Under the pieces are notes generated by a model, which was not told the origin of the DNA, searched no databases, and saw nothing but the letters and a program-made list of their open reading frames with translations. Made by a program: the position numbers and the translations under genes. DNA of 64,000 nt from Patescibacteria group bacterium (GTDB taxonomy: Bacteria; Patescibacteriota; Patescibacteriia; UBA9934; GWF2-40-263), in contig JAHJAM010000002.1 in the NCBI GenBank assembly GCA_018814025.1, positions 2,798 to 66,797 of the forward strand. The letters are read 5' to 3'. Shown piece by piece: positions 29,758-39,227 of the stretch. How positions within the stretch are numbered: the first letter of the stretch is position 1; each line of letters opens with the position of its first letter.

Positions 29758-30294
29758 ATGGAAAATCAATCATCCGGGGGAATTATTTGGGTCGTAGCCG
29801 CTTTGCTGGTCATCGGCGGGGGAATTTACTTGTGGCAGGATGAAGGAGCAACATATCAAGCACCCGAGTCTGAAGAGTTTCAGCCTGTGGAATTAACTCA
29901 GGATTGGCAAAGTTCGGATTTGGGTTTTGCTTTGAAATTGCCGGACGGTTTTCAGATCAGCGAACGGCCGGACGGGATTTTGGTGGTTAAGGAATCAACT
30001 GAAGCCGAGCCGGAACCGAGGCCGGAATTTCAGGTTCAAGTCACCCAAGGAAATTTAGCTGATTTCAAAGTCGGTCGCGGTATTACTTTGTTAAGCGATG
30101 AAGAAGTAATCATCAACGGTGCGAAAGCCCGGAAGTTCGTGATTACGGCCGATTCTTTGCCCGCAGGCACGGAATGTGATTTTTACAGTTTTGAAAATCG
30201 GGGCATGATTTACGAGTTTAGCGAATATCAGTGCGTTGACTCGCCGATTTTTGAAGCCGTGCTAAATACCTTCGCCATAGTTTGGGAAAAATAA
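29758..30294 (+). CDS. Membrane-anchored PsbP-like hypothetical protein
   Basis: N-terminal TM; 'GFALKLPDGF' and 'FEAVLNTF'. Confidence 0.65.
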   Translation: MENQSSGGIIWVVAALLVIGGGIYLWQDEGATYQAPESEEFQPVELTQDWQSSDLGFALKLPDGFQISERPDGILVVKESTEAEPEPRPEFQVQVTQGNLADFKVGRGITLLSDEEVIINGAKARKFVITADSLPAGTECDFYSFENRGMIYEFSEYQCVDSPIFEAVLNTFAIVWEK

Positions 30295-30330
30295 TCAAAT
30301 TAAAAACACCTCGCGAAAGCGGGGTGTTTT

Positions 30331-30404
30331 TGGTTCCGGGACAAGGATTCGAACCTTGATTCTCAGGTCCAGAACCTGATGTCCTGCCGTTAGACGATCC
30401 CGGA
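30331..30404 (-). tRNA. tRNA-Gln(CTG)
   Basis: TCCGGGA...TCAGG-TT-CTG-GA-CCTGA...GGTTCGAATCC...ACCA. Confidence 0.96.
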
Positions 30405-30512
30405 ATGTGCGTCAAAACTATCATTAATTATTCAGTTTGTCAAAGGCGAGGTCTTGATTATTCTCGGACGATTTCTTATACTACTGCTGTTTTTAAACCA
30501 ATAAATATCAAT

Positions 30513-31934
30513 ATGATGTCATTTCTTGCGGGGAGGAGAATAGCTCTGTATCCAAAGCGATACGCCGTGGTGGCTGCCGTGATCGGCAGTTTTGCGATTT
30601 TTCATAATGTTTTCGCTTCAGGCGGGGAGGAAAGCACCATGTTCGCGCAGACTTTTTTCTGGATCGCGGTGATTTTAATTGCGGCGAAATTATCCAGCTT
30701 AGTGGAGCGATTCGGCCAGCCTTCGGTGTTGGGCGAACTGGTCATCGGGGTGATTCTCGGCAACTTGGCGCTCTTGGGCATCCATTCATTTGAACCGCTG
30801 CGCCAAAATGAAATTATTGCTTTCTTGGCCGAGCTGGGCGTGGTGATTTTGCTGTTTCAGATCGGTTTGGAATCCAATATCAATCAAATGAAGAAAGTGG
30901 GTTTGAAGGCATTTTTGGTGGCGACCGTGGGCGTGATCGTGCCATTTGTGCTGGGAACTTACGTGGTCGGTCCTTGGCTTTTGCCGGGTTTAACTGCCAA
31001 CGCTTATCTTTTCTTGGGCGCAACCTTGACCGCCACTTCCGTGGGCATTACCGCGCGCGTGTTTAAGGATTTGGGCAAGCTGCAGACTCCGGAAGCGCAA
31101 ATCGTGCTGGGCGCGGCCGTGATTGACGACGTGATGGGCTTGATTATTTTGGCCGTGGTGTCCGCGATTGTCACGATCGGCGCGGTCAGTTTGGGAACCG
31201 TGAGCATAATCGTGGCCAAGGCCGTGTTGTTCCTTGTCGGGGCGATCGTGATCGGCCAATTGATTGCTCCGATTTTGGGCCGATCGTTCTCACAAATTCA
31301 TACGGGCGTGGGCATGAAGTTTACGCTGGCGATTTGTTTCGGCTTGCTCATGGCTTTCTTGGCTCATTTGATCGGACTGGCGCCGATCGTGGGCGCCTTT
31401 GCCGGCGGCTTGGTTTTGGATCCGGTTCACTTCCGTTACTTTAAGGACCCTTCAATCGTGCGCGACGTGAAAGTGGCCGTGCGCGAGGCGGACGTGCACA
31501 CGCGCGAGCAAGTGCTCAAGGCAATCGAGCCGCACGCGCATCGGCATATCGAAGATATCATCGAACCCGTGGCTTTTTTCCTGGTGCCGATTTTCTTTGT
31601 CATGACCGGTTTCGGTGTGAAATTGGAAACCATGTTTGACCTGCCGATTCTGTTGACGGCTTTGGGCATTACGGCCGTGGCGTTTGTGGGCAAGATCGTG
31701 GCCGGCTTGGTAGCCGGCCAGGTGGACAAGAAAATCGTGGGTTTTGGCATGGTGCCGCGCGGGGAAGTGGGCTTGATTTTTGCCATGATCGGCAAGGGCT
31801 TGGGCGTGGTCAATGACGAGATTTTTAGCATCATCGTGATCATGGTGATCTTGACAACGCTTTTGACTCCGCCAATTCTGACTTACTTGATCAAGAAAGA
31901 AAAGAAGGCTGAGACTCGCGAAGCAACAGCATAA
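30513..31934 (+). CDS. Cation:proton antiporter (CPA2/NapA-Kef family)
   Basis: GQPSVLGELVIG, ATSVGIT, GAAVIDD, GMVPRGEVG. Confidence 0.92.
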   Translation: MMSFLAGRRIALYPKRYAVVAAVIGSFAIFHNVFASGGEESTMFAQTFFWIAVILIAAKLSSLVERFGQPSVLGELVIGVILGNLALLGIHSFEPLRQNEIIAFLAELGVVILLFQIGLESNINQMKKVGLKAFLVATVGVIVPFVLGTYVVGPWLLPGLTANAYLFLGATLTATSVGITARVFKDLGKLQTPEAQIVLGAAVIDDVMGLIILAVVSAIVTIGAVSLGTVSIIVAKAVLFLVGAIVIGQLIAPILGRSFSQIHTGVGMKFTLAICFGLLMAFLAHLIGLAPIVGAFAGGLVLDPVHFRYFKDPSIVRDVKVAVREADVHTREQVLKAIEPHAHRHIEDIIEPVAFFLVPIFFVMTGFGVKLETMFDLPILLTALGITAVAFVGKIVAGLVAGQVDKKIVGFGMVPRGEVGLIFAMIGKGLGVVNDEIFSIIVIMVILTTLLTPPILTYLIKKEKKAETREATA

Positions 31935-32050
31935 TATCCACAGAAAATCGATTGACAAACAGCAAAAATCGTGATGTGATGTCAGTACGATAAATAAACT
32001 CCACCCTAAAATCGGGTGGAGTTTTGTGTTTAACTTGAGCTGAGAAGATT

Positions 32051-32084
32051 AACGATAATTGTTACGATCGGATAAAAGTCCGTA
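32051..32084. repeat. Degenerate copy of the 34-bp palindrome, upstream of the PaaX/Cas2-like gene
   Basis: AACGATAATTGTTACGATCGGATAAAAGTCCGTA; 25/34 identity to 32641-32674. Confidence 0.75.
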
Positions 32085-32091
32085 AGGAAAT

Positions 32092-32637
32092 ATGAAGAAA
32101 TTTTTAGCACAAATTACTTTGATTGGAACGGCTTCAAAACACGTTGCTGATGATTTGTTAGTTGAGTTCGATCGTTGTTTGTATGGAGTAAATAATATTC
32201 GATCCGTAACACTAGCTTGTAACCCGCAAGGTGTTGAAATTTTCAAAGAGATTAAGGGTGCGAAAGAGCGAAGAAGAATTAAAGAGGCCTTTCAATCTCT
32301 AAAACAAAAGAGGCTGATAAAAATTGAGAAGCAGGCAAAAAAAATATCAATCTCATTAACAAGAAAAGGGAAATTGCAATCTTTAAGACACCAAATTTTA
32401 ACCGAGAATAAACAGCTGTCAGAAGATGATGTTTGTGTGATTGTTTTTGATATTCCAGAGCATGTTAGAACAATACGGGATCAGTTGCGTCACTTTTTGA
32501 AAAAAGCCGGTTGTACTCAATTACAGCGGAGTGTCTGGACTACAACAATAGATATTATTCGACCTCTCAAAGCTCTATTAAAGTCTATGAAAGCAGAGAA
32601 ATGGATTCATGTTTTTCAAGGTCAGTCGGTATTTTGA
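32092..32637 (+). CDS. wHTH + Cas2-like (PaaX central domain-type) protein
   Basis: 'L..KRLI......ISLTRKG' wing, then 'IVFDIPE...RDQLR.FL...G..QLQRSVW'; AT-rich. Confidence 0.85.
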   Translation: MKKFLAQITLIGTASKHVADDLLVEFDRCLYGVNNIRSVTLACNPQGVEIFKEIKGAKERRRIKEAFQSLKQKRLIKIEKQAKKISISLTRKGKLQSLRHQILTENKQLSEDDVCVIVFDIPEHVRTIRDQLRHFLKKAGCTQLQRSVWTTTIDIIRPLKALLKSMKAEKWIHVFQGQSVF

Positions 32638-32640
32638 TCC

Positions 32641-32674
32641 TACGAAGTTTTTTACGATCGTAAAAAACTTCGTA
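32641..32674. repeat. Perfect 34-bp palindrome
   Basis: TACGAAGTTTTTTACGA|TCGTAAAAAACTTCGTA, 3 nt after the stop codon. Confidence 0.95.
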
Positions 32675-32811
32675 CGCCGTGCAGTCGGCGTTTGATTCTT
32701 CATGCATTCGAGGGTTCGGGATTTTAAGATCGAATGTTTTTCTGTTATGATGCTTTTGACAAGGCTGAGAGCCAAAGCTAGAAAACCACCCGATTCGGGT
32801 GGTTTTGTGAT

Positions 32812-33705
32812 TTATTTAATTTTGCTGGCCGCGAAGTCGATGAGCGCGCCGGCGATATCTATTTCCGTGACTTTTTGCAGTTCTTGGAAGCCGGGGTTGG
32901 CGTTGACCTCCAGCACTTGCGGGCCTTGGCTGGTGCGGACAAAATCCACACCCGCGATATCCAGTTTGAAAATTTCCGCCACTTTGATGGATAAATTAAT
33001 TTCATCTTCAGTCAATTCCGCTTTGGTGGCTTGGCCGCCCAAGGAAGCATTGGCCCGGATATCGCCGGGGCGAGCATGGCGCTCCATGGCCGCGATCACT
33101 TGGCCGCCGACCACGTACGCGCGATAGTCTTGGCGATTGGCTTCTTGTACAAATTCTTCAATGATGACCGGGGCATGGTCGCGGATATGAATATAATCCA
33201 CAATCGGCTGCAGAGTTTCGGAATTTTCCGCGTAAAATACGCCTTTGCCGTGCGTGCCAAAACTGGTTTTGATGATGATGGGCCAGCCAATTTGTTCGGC
33301 GAGTTTAATGGCGCCGTCGGCGGTGCGAGCAATGCCCCACTTGGGCGTGGGAATATCATGCTTATAAAAAGTGGCATGCTGATCCAGCTTGTTTTTGGTT
33401 CGAGACAGATTGGAAAGATTGTTGACGATTAGATAACCGGCTTCGGCCAGAAGTTCCGGCGTGTAAGTATTCAAGGTCGGCTCTTCAGTAATATTGGGAC
33501 GGGCGATGATGGCATCAATTTGCCCCAGTGGATGGCCGTCGTGCAAAACTTCGATGCTGTGGCCGTTTTTTCGAAAAGTTAAATATTCTTGATACAAGCG
33601 CACCATGTTAAAACCCTTTTTTTCTCCGGCTTCCACAATTTGATCGATGGAAGCGTAAGAGTCGAAAGCGGGTTTTCGAAAAGCGAGTATGCCGATGGTT
33701 TTCAT
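32812..33705 (-). CDS. RimK family ATP-grasp alpha-L-glutamate ligase
   Basis: PIIIK..FGTHGKGV, DYRAYVVG, RANASLGG, AGVD, LEVNANPG. Confidence 0.9.
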   Translation of the reverse strand: MKTIGILAFRKPAFDSYASIDQIVEAGEKKGFNMVRLYQEYLTFRKNGHSIEVLHDGHPLGQIDAIIARPNITEEPTLNTYTPELLAEAGYLIVNNLSNLSRTKNKLDQHATFYKHDIPTPKWGIARTADGAIKLAEQIGWPIIIKTSFGTHGKGVFYAENSETLQPIVDYIHIRDHAPVIIEEFVQEANRQDYRAYVVGGQVIAAMERHARPGDIRANASLGGQATKAELTEDEINLSIKVAEIFKLDIAGVDFVRTSQGPQVLEVNANPGFQELQKVTEIDIAGALIDFAASKIK

Positions 33706-34649
33706 AGTTGGTTGAGGATTTGATCAAGTTCTTCCAAGGTTTTGACCTGGACGAGTTGCTGGCGGAATATTTTTACGCCCGGAACTCCTTTAAAATAATT
33801 GACTAAATGTTTGCGGAAAGTGACCATGCTGTTCGGGCCGTAATGCTCGACATGCAGCCGGGCGTGCATTTTGGCCACGCGGATTCTTTCAGCCAGTGAA
33901 ACTTCTTTAATCGGTTGGCCGCTTAAGAAATCCGCGACCTGTTGGAAGATCCAGGGGTTGCCTAAAGCCCCGCGGGCGATAAGTATACCATCGGCTTTGG
34001 TTTGGTCAAGAGCTTTTTGCGCTAATTCCGGCGAAGTAATGTCCCCGTTGGCCAGTACCGGAAGCGAAACAAGTTCTTTGACCCGGCGAATGATGTCCCA
34101 GTCGGCCCGGCCCGCATAAGCCTGTTTTTTGGTACGGCCGTGAATGGTGATTAAGTCCGCGCCGGCTTGTTCTAAAACTTGAGCAAATTCCAGGATTTCT
34201 TTTTTATCACTCCAGCCGGTGCGGGTTTTGACCGAGACCGGAACATCAACCGCGGCTTTGACGGCTTTGACAATCGCAGCCGCTAATTCAGGATCCTTCA
34301 TTAAGGCACAGCCGTGGAAGTTGCCGGTAAGTTTTTTGGCCGGACAGCCCATGTTAAGATCGATGAACTCGGGATTTTGGCGTGCCATGACGATTTTCGC
34401 GGCTTGGGCCATTATTTCCGGATCGCGCCCGAAAATTTGTTGAACCAGGGGCCGTTCCTCATCATGAATATCCAACATTTTTAAAGTTTTCTCATTGCCG
34501 TGAACAAGCGCATCCGCGGAAACCATTTCCCGAAAAATAATTGGCGATGACAAAGATTTGACCACGCGGCAAAACGGGGAGTCGGTCATCTCGGCCATGG
34601 GCGAGAGCCCAATGATCGGGCGTCTGATTGTTTTCCAGTCAGGCTTCAT
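33702..34649 (-). CDS. dusB: tRNA-dihydrouridine synthase B
   Basis: SPMA, DLNMGCP, SVKTRTG, HGRT, NGDI, RGALGNPW. Confidence 0.93.
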   Translation of the reverse strand: MKPDWKTIRRPIIGLSPMAEMTDSPFCRVVKSLSSPIIFREMVSADALVHGNEKTLKMLDIHDEERPLVQQIFGRDPEIMAQAAKIVMARQNPEFIDLNMGCPAKKLTGNFHGCALMKDPELAAAIVKAVKAAVDVPVSVKTRTGWSDKKEILEFAQVLEQAGADLITIHGRTKKQAYAGRADWDIIRRVKELVSLPVLANGDITSPELAQKALDQTKADGILIARGALGNPWIFQQVADFLSGQPIKEVSLAERIRVAKMHARLHVEHYGPNSMVTFRKHLVNYFKGVPGVKIFRQQLVQVKTLEELDQILNQL

Positions 34650-34751
34650 AACGGGGGAATAATACTGGATTAAGCGCGGTTGTTCAAGGGTTGTGGAAAG
34701 GAGCCAGAGGAGCTAAACTAATGATACGGAGCTAATTGAGCTAAAAAAATT

Positions 34752-34973
34752 ATGACGCAATATTTAATGTTAGATCGGGAGCAGTTATTTCAGGAGATCG
34801 TGGAAAACGGCCGCGCCCAAGGCGTGGTGGATCAAGAGGCCTACCATTCGTTGGTGGACTCCATGGTCGAGGGGCACTTGGAAGTGGGTGAGTATGATAA
34901 GGACCAGGCCTTGCCAGAGCTGATTGAGGACTTGAAAGCCCGCTGGAGTGATTATCAAAAGACTTTGGAATAA
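34752..34973 (+). CDS. Small acidic hypothetical protein
   Basis: 73-aa ORF followed by hairpin 34978-35014. Confidence 0.65.
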   Translation: MTQYLMLDREQLFQEIVENGRAQGVVDQEAYHSLVDSMVEGHLEVGEYDKDQALPELIEDLKARWSDYQKTLE

Positions 34974-35032
34974 AGCAAAAAACAGCGCCAAGCATGGACA
35001 GAGCGCTGTTTTTTGTTTATGATTGGCCCATT

Positions 35033-36823
35033 ATGTCCGACCTGTCACACATTAGAAACTTCTGCATCATCGCCCATATCGACCACGGCAAGTCGACCTT
35101 ATCGGATCGGCTGCTTGAGGTCACAGGCACAGTGGAAAAGCGGAATATGAAAGAGCAGATGTTAGATTCCATGGATATCGAGCGCGAGCGCGGCATCACC
35201 ATTAAATTGGCGCCGGCGCGCATGGAATATCGCGGCCTGACTTTGAACTTGATTGATACGCCCGGACACGTGGATTTTAATTACGAAGTTTCTCGCTCTT
35301 TGGCGGCCGTGGAAGGCGCGATTTTGCTCGTGGATTCAACTCAGGGCGTGCAAGCGCAAACCATTGGCAATTTGTATTTGGCTTTGGATGAAGATTTAAC
35401 CATCATTCCGGTTTTGAACAAGATTGATTTGCCGGCCGCTGATATCCCCAAGCGCACGCAGGAAATTGTGAAGCTGCTGGGCTGCGATCCGGCGGAAATT
35501 CTGTCAGTCAGCGGCAAAACCGGCGAGGGTGTGCCGGAATTGCTGGAAGCGATCGTGAAACGCATCCCGCCGCCCAGCGGTGATGAAAAAGCGCCAGCCC
35601 GGGCTTTGGTTTTTGATTCCAATTACGATGATTATAAAGGCGTGGTCGCGTATGTGCGCGTGGTGGACGGGAGTTTTAAAATCGGCGATAAAATTGAATT
35701 CATGGCCAATAACGCCGAAGGCGAAATTTTGGAAACCGGTGCGCTGGGGGTGGGCGGCTACCACAAACAGCCGGTTTTGGCCACCGGGCAAATCGGCTAC
35801 ATCGTCACCGGCTTGAAAGACATTCAAGCTTGCCGGGTGGGCGATACCGTCACTCATTTGAAAAACCCGGCCACTGAATTGCTGCCCGGTTACAAGGTGG
35901 TCAACCCCATGGTTTTTGCCGGCGTGTTTCCCAAAGTGGGCGATGACTTTCCGCGCTTGCGCGAGGCCATGGAGCGTTTGAAATTAAATGATTCCGCTTT
36001 GACTTATGAACCGGAACATTCGCCGGCCTTGGGCTATGGTTTCCGTTGCGGATTGCTGGGCATGCTGCATTTGGAGATTTTGAAAGAGCGCTTGATGCGC
36101 GAGTTTGATATTGATTTGGTGGTGACCGTGCCGTCGGTGGCATATCGCTTAACAACCAGGGGCAATAACGTGGTGATTATCAAGAGCCCGATCGAGTTGC
36201 CTGACGGGTCTCATATCACGTCAATTGAAGAGCCTTGGGTCAAAGCGGATATCGTGACTCCCAATGACCACGTGGGCGCGGTCATGCAGTTAGTGCAGGA
36301 TCGGCGGGGAATCTATATGAATACCGAATATCTGTCCGAGAATCGGGCGATTTTGCATTACGAAATTCCTTTGGCCATGGTGATTGTGGATTTTTACGAT
36401 AAATTGAAAAGCGTGACTTCCGGTTATGCCTCTTTGAATTATGAGGTGGTTGATTATCGAATCGCCAACGTGGTGCGCATGGATATTTTGGTGGCCGAAG
36501 AAATGGTGGAAGCGTTTTCCATGCTGGTTTATCGAGATGAGGCGGAACGGGCCGGCCGCCGAATCGTCAACGCTCTAAAAGATTCTATTCCCAGACAAAA
36601 TTTCGTGATAAAATTACAGGCAGCCGTGGGCGGCAACATCGTGGCGGCGGAGAAAATTTCCGCCATGCGAAAAGACGTGACGGCGAAGTTGTACGGCGGA
36701 GACGTAACGCGGAAACGAAAGCTGTTGGAAAAACAAAAGAAAGGCAAAGCTAAAATGATGGAGCTGGGAAAAGGCAAAGTGAATATCCCGTCCGACGCTT
36801 GTTTGAAAGTATTAAAACGCTAA
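35033..36823 (+). CDS. lepA: Elongation factor 4
   Basis: AHIDHGKST, DTPGHVDF, NKID, LYGGDVTRKRKLLEKQK. Confidence 0.98.
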   Translation: MSDLSHIRNFCIIAHIDHGKSTLSDRLLEVTGTVEKRNMKEQMLDSMDIERERGITIKLAPARMEYRGLTLNLIDTPGHVDFNYEVSRSLAAVEGAILLVDSTQGVQAQTIGNLYLALDEDLTIIPVLNKIDLPAADIPKRTQEIVKLLGCDPAEILSVSGKTGEGVPELLEAIVKRIPPPSGDEKAPARALVFDSNYDDYKGVVAYVRVVDGSFKIGDKIEFMANNAEGEILETGALGVGGYHKQPVLATGQIGYIVTGLKDIQACRVGDTVTHLKNPATELLPGYKVVNPMVFAGVFPKVGDDFPRLREAMERLKLNDSALTYEPEHSPALGYGFRCGLLGMLHLEILKERLMREFDIDLVVTVPSVAYRLTTRGNNVVIIKSPIELPDGSHITSIEEPWVKADIVTPNDHVGAVMQLVQDRRGIYMNTEYLSENRAILHYEIPLAMVIVDFYDKLKSVTSGYASLNYEVVDYRIANVVRMDILVAEEMVEAFSMLVYRDEAERAGRRIVNALKDSIPRQNFVIKLQAAVGGNIVAAEKISAMRKDVTAKLYGGDVTRKRKLLEKQKKGKAKMMELGKGKVNIPSDACLKVLKR

Positions 36824-36824
36824 T

Positions 36825-36920
36825 ATGAAACGCAAAAAATTATTCAAAATGGTTTGGGCCGCGGCTTGCATTATGGTGATTGTGAGCATGCTGGGATTCA
36901 CTTTTATCTTGGGGGCTTAG
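36825..36920 (+). CDS. Small membrane peptide (31 aa), absent from the ORF track
   Basis: MKRKKLFKMVWAAACIMVIVSMLGFTFILGA; ATG 1 nt after the lepA stop. Confidence 0.6.
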   Translation: MKRKKLFKMVWAAACIMVIVSMLGFTFILGA

Positions 36921-36992
36921 TTGAGGGAACTAAAGGTGCTAGGGGAGCTAAAGGAGCTAGTCTGACTACTTTAATTTCTTCACGAGTTTCCC

Positions 36993-38732
36993 ATGCAAAA
37001 ACGCTGGTCTTTGGCCAAGCCGATTTCGCTGGAGGTAAAAAAACAAAACCCGGATCTTGATCCGGTGGTTTTGCAATTGCTGTGGAATCGGGGTTTGCGC
37101 CAGCCAGAAGAAATCGCCGCGTTTCTCACTCCAGATTGGCTGACCGGGGCGCATGACCCATGGTTGTTTTCCAATATGCGCGCGGCCGTGGATCGGGTTT
37201 ATCAAGCCTTGGACAAAGGCGAAGTGATTACCGTGCACGGCGATTATGACGCTGACGGCGTCTGCGGCACCGCGGTTTTGGTCAGTACTTTGCGAGAGAT
37301 TATCAGGAAAATAGGCGGCGATGAGAAAAAGATCACGGCCTTTATTCCGCATCGGGAAAGAGACGGCTACGGTATGTCGACGGCCACTATGGATAAGTTG
37401 GATGAAGAGTATCAAACCAAACTGGTGATTACGGTTGATTGCGGGATCAGCAATCAACCGGCGATTGATCTGGGTCGGACGAAAAATATCGATACGATTG
37501 TTTGCGACCACCATACGGTGCCGGCGGAATTGCCGGAGTCGGCAATTTTAATTCATCCGCAAGTCGCGGGCGAGGCCTATCCCTTCAAGGAACTTTGCGG
37601 TACGGCCGTGGGCTTTAAGCTGGCCAGCGCTTTGATTCACGAAGCGCAAAAACGCGGCCTGGCTTTTCCCGCCGGCCAGGAAAAATGGCTTTTGGATTTG
37701 GTGGCTATTGCGACCGTCACGGATGTGATGCCGCTGCTGGGCGAAAATCGGGTGTTGGAACATTTCGGACTGAAGGTTTTGAATAAGACTCGGCGGCCGG
37801 GCCTGCGGAAATTAGTGGAAGTGGCGGGCAGCCGGTTTGGGGCCTTGGATACGGTCTCGATCGGTTTTCAAATCGGGCCGCGGTTGAACGCGGCCGGGCG
37901 GCTGGCTGAGGCGAAATTGGCCGCTGATTTGCTTTTGGCTGAAGATCAGGCCGAGGCTTTGGGTTTGGCTCAGCAATTGCATCAGATTAATACGGAGCGG
38001 CAAAAAGCGTCCAAAGAAATTTTTGAGCAGGCCTTGGCTCAAGTGGGGGAGCTCGGGGATCGAAAATTAATCACGGTGGTGGGCGAGGACTGGCCGGCCG
38101 GCCTGGTGGGCTTGGTGGCGGGAAAATTAGCCTCAAAGTTTTATCGGCCCGCGTACGCGATTACCAAGAGCGAGACCGGATATGTGGGTTCCGGGCGGGG
38201 CATCGAAGGATTTAACGTGACCGAGGCTTTGCAGGCGGCCAGTGAATATTTGGATAAATTCGGCGGCCATCCCCAAGCTTGCGGCTTTTCGACTGCCGGC
38301 CCGGATCGTTTAGAAAAATTGATCGCTAAGCTGCACGAGACGGCCGAGCAGCGGTTGCAGGCCGATGATTTGCGGCCCAGGGTTGAAGTTGAGGCCGAAG
38401 TTGATTTGGGGGAGATTGATTGGGATTTTTATCAGCAAATTCAACAACTGGCGCCGTTTGGCACGGCCAATCCGGAACCGGTGTTCATGAGCAGCGGCTT
38501 ATCGGTTTTCGGTTATGATTTGGTGGGGGCGGAGGACAAGCATCTGCGGCTGACGGTCAGGACAAAGAATGGTAAAATAGTGAAGCTGATCGGTTTTGGT
38601 TTCGGCGACCGGGCTAAAGATTTGCAGCGGGACGATTTAGTGGATGCGGTGTATCAAATCGACGTGAACACGTGGAACGGCCGGCGCGAGCTGCAATATA
38701 AGCTGGTGGATTTAAGAAAACATCAAATATGA
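36993..38732 (+). CDS. recJ: ssDNA exonuclease RecJ
   Basis: GDYDADG, TVDCG, DHH, GPRLNAAGR, GSGR, GGH. Confidence 0.96.
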   Translation: MQKRWSLAKPISLEVKKQNPDLDPVVLQLLWNRGLRQPEEIAAFLTPDWLTGAHDPWLFSNMRAAVDRVYQALDKGEVITVHGDYDADGVCGTAVLVSTLREIIRKIGGDEKKITAFIPHRERDGYGMSTATMDKLDEEYQTKLVITVDCGISNQPAIDLGRTKNIDTIVCDHHTVPAELPESAILIHPQVAGEAYPFKELCGTAVGFKLASALIHEAQKRGLAFPAGQEKWLLDLVAIATVTDVMPLLGENRVLEHFGLKVLNKTRRPGLRKLVEVAGSRFGALDTVSIGFQIGPRLNAAGRLAEAKLAADLLLAEDQAEALGLAQQLHQINTERQKASKEIFEQALAQVGELGDRKLITVVGEDWPAGLVGLVAGKLASKFYRPAYAITKSETGYVGSGRGIEGFNVTEALQAASEYLDKFGGHPQACGFSTAGPDRLEKLIAKLHETAEQRLQADDLRPRVEVEAEVDLGEIDWDFYQQIQQLAPFGTANPEPVFMSSGLSVFGYDLVGAEDKHLRLTVRTKNGKIVKLIGFGFGDRAKDLQRDDLVDAVYQIDVNTWNGRRELQYKLVDLRKHQI

Positions 38733-39130
38733 AAATTCGAATCTATTCCGACGGAGGATCAAGAGGGAATCCGGGGCCGTCCGCGGCCGCGGCGGTTTTG
38801 ATGAATCCGGAAAATAAAAAAGTGCTGGCCACGGTGGCTGAATACGTGGGCGAGACCACGAATAATCAAGCCGAGTATTACGGCGTGATTATGGGCTTGA
38901 AAAAGGCCAAAGAACTGGGGGTGAAGGAGGTTGAGGTTTATATGGACTCGGAGTTGGCCATCAAGCAGTTGAAAGGCGAGTACCGGGTTAAGAATTCAGA
39001 GTTAGCCAAGCGGTTTTTGGAGGTGCACAATCTTATTCAGGAGTTTCATCAGGTGACTTATCAACATGTGACGCGGGACAAGAATCAACAAGCCGATGCT
39101 TTGGTGAATAAGATTTTGGATGAGCGTTAG
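38729..39130 (+). CDS. rnhA: Ribonuclease HI
   Basis: DGGSRGNPGP, TNNQAEY, DSEL, NQQADALVN. Confidence 0.93.
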   Translation: MKIRIYSDGGSRGNPGPSAAAAVLMNPENKKVLATVAEYVGETTNNQAEYYGVIMGLKKAKELGVKEVEVYMDSELAIKQLKGEYRVKNSELAKRFLEVHNLIQEFHQVTYQHVTRDKNQQADALVNKILDER

Positions 39131-39227
39131 GCTGGGGGCTGGTAAACAGGAACTGGGTGTTGGAGGGTTTTTTATTCCCAACTCCTAGTTACCAGTCGCG
39201 AGTTACTTATGATATAATATTTTCACT

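Noticed and set aside
2072-30404. Integrated element bounded by the two tRNA-Gln genes as att repeats
   Set aside because: Both are complete tRNAs with different anticodons and the interval contains essential genes and no integrase.
32092-32800. CRISPR-Cas locus suggested by the Cas2-like domain
   Set aside because: No cas1 or effector genes and no repeat-spacer array; the palindromes are isolated, not arrayed.
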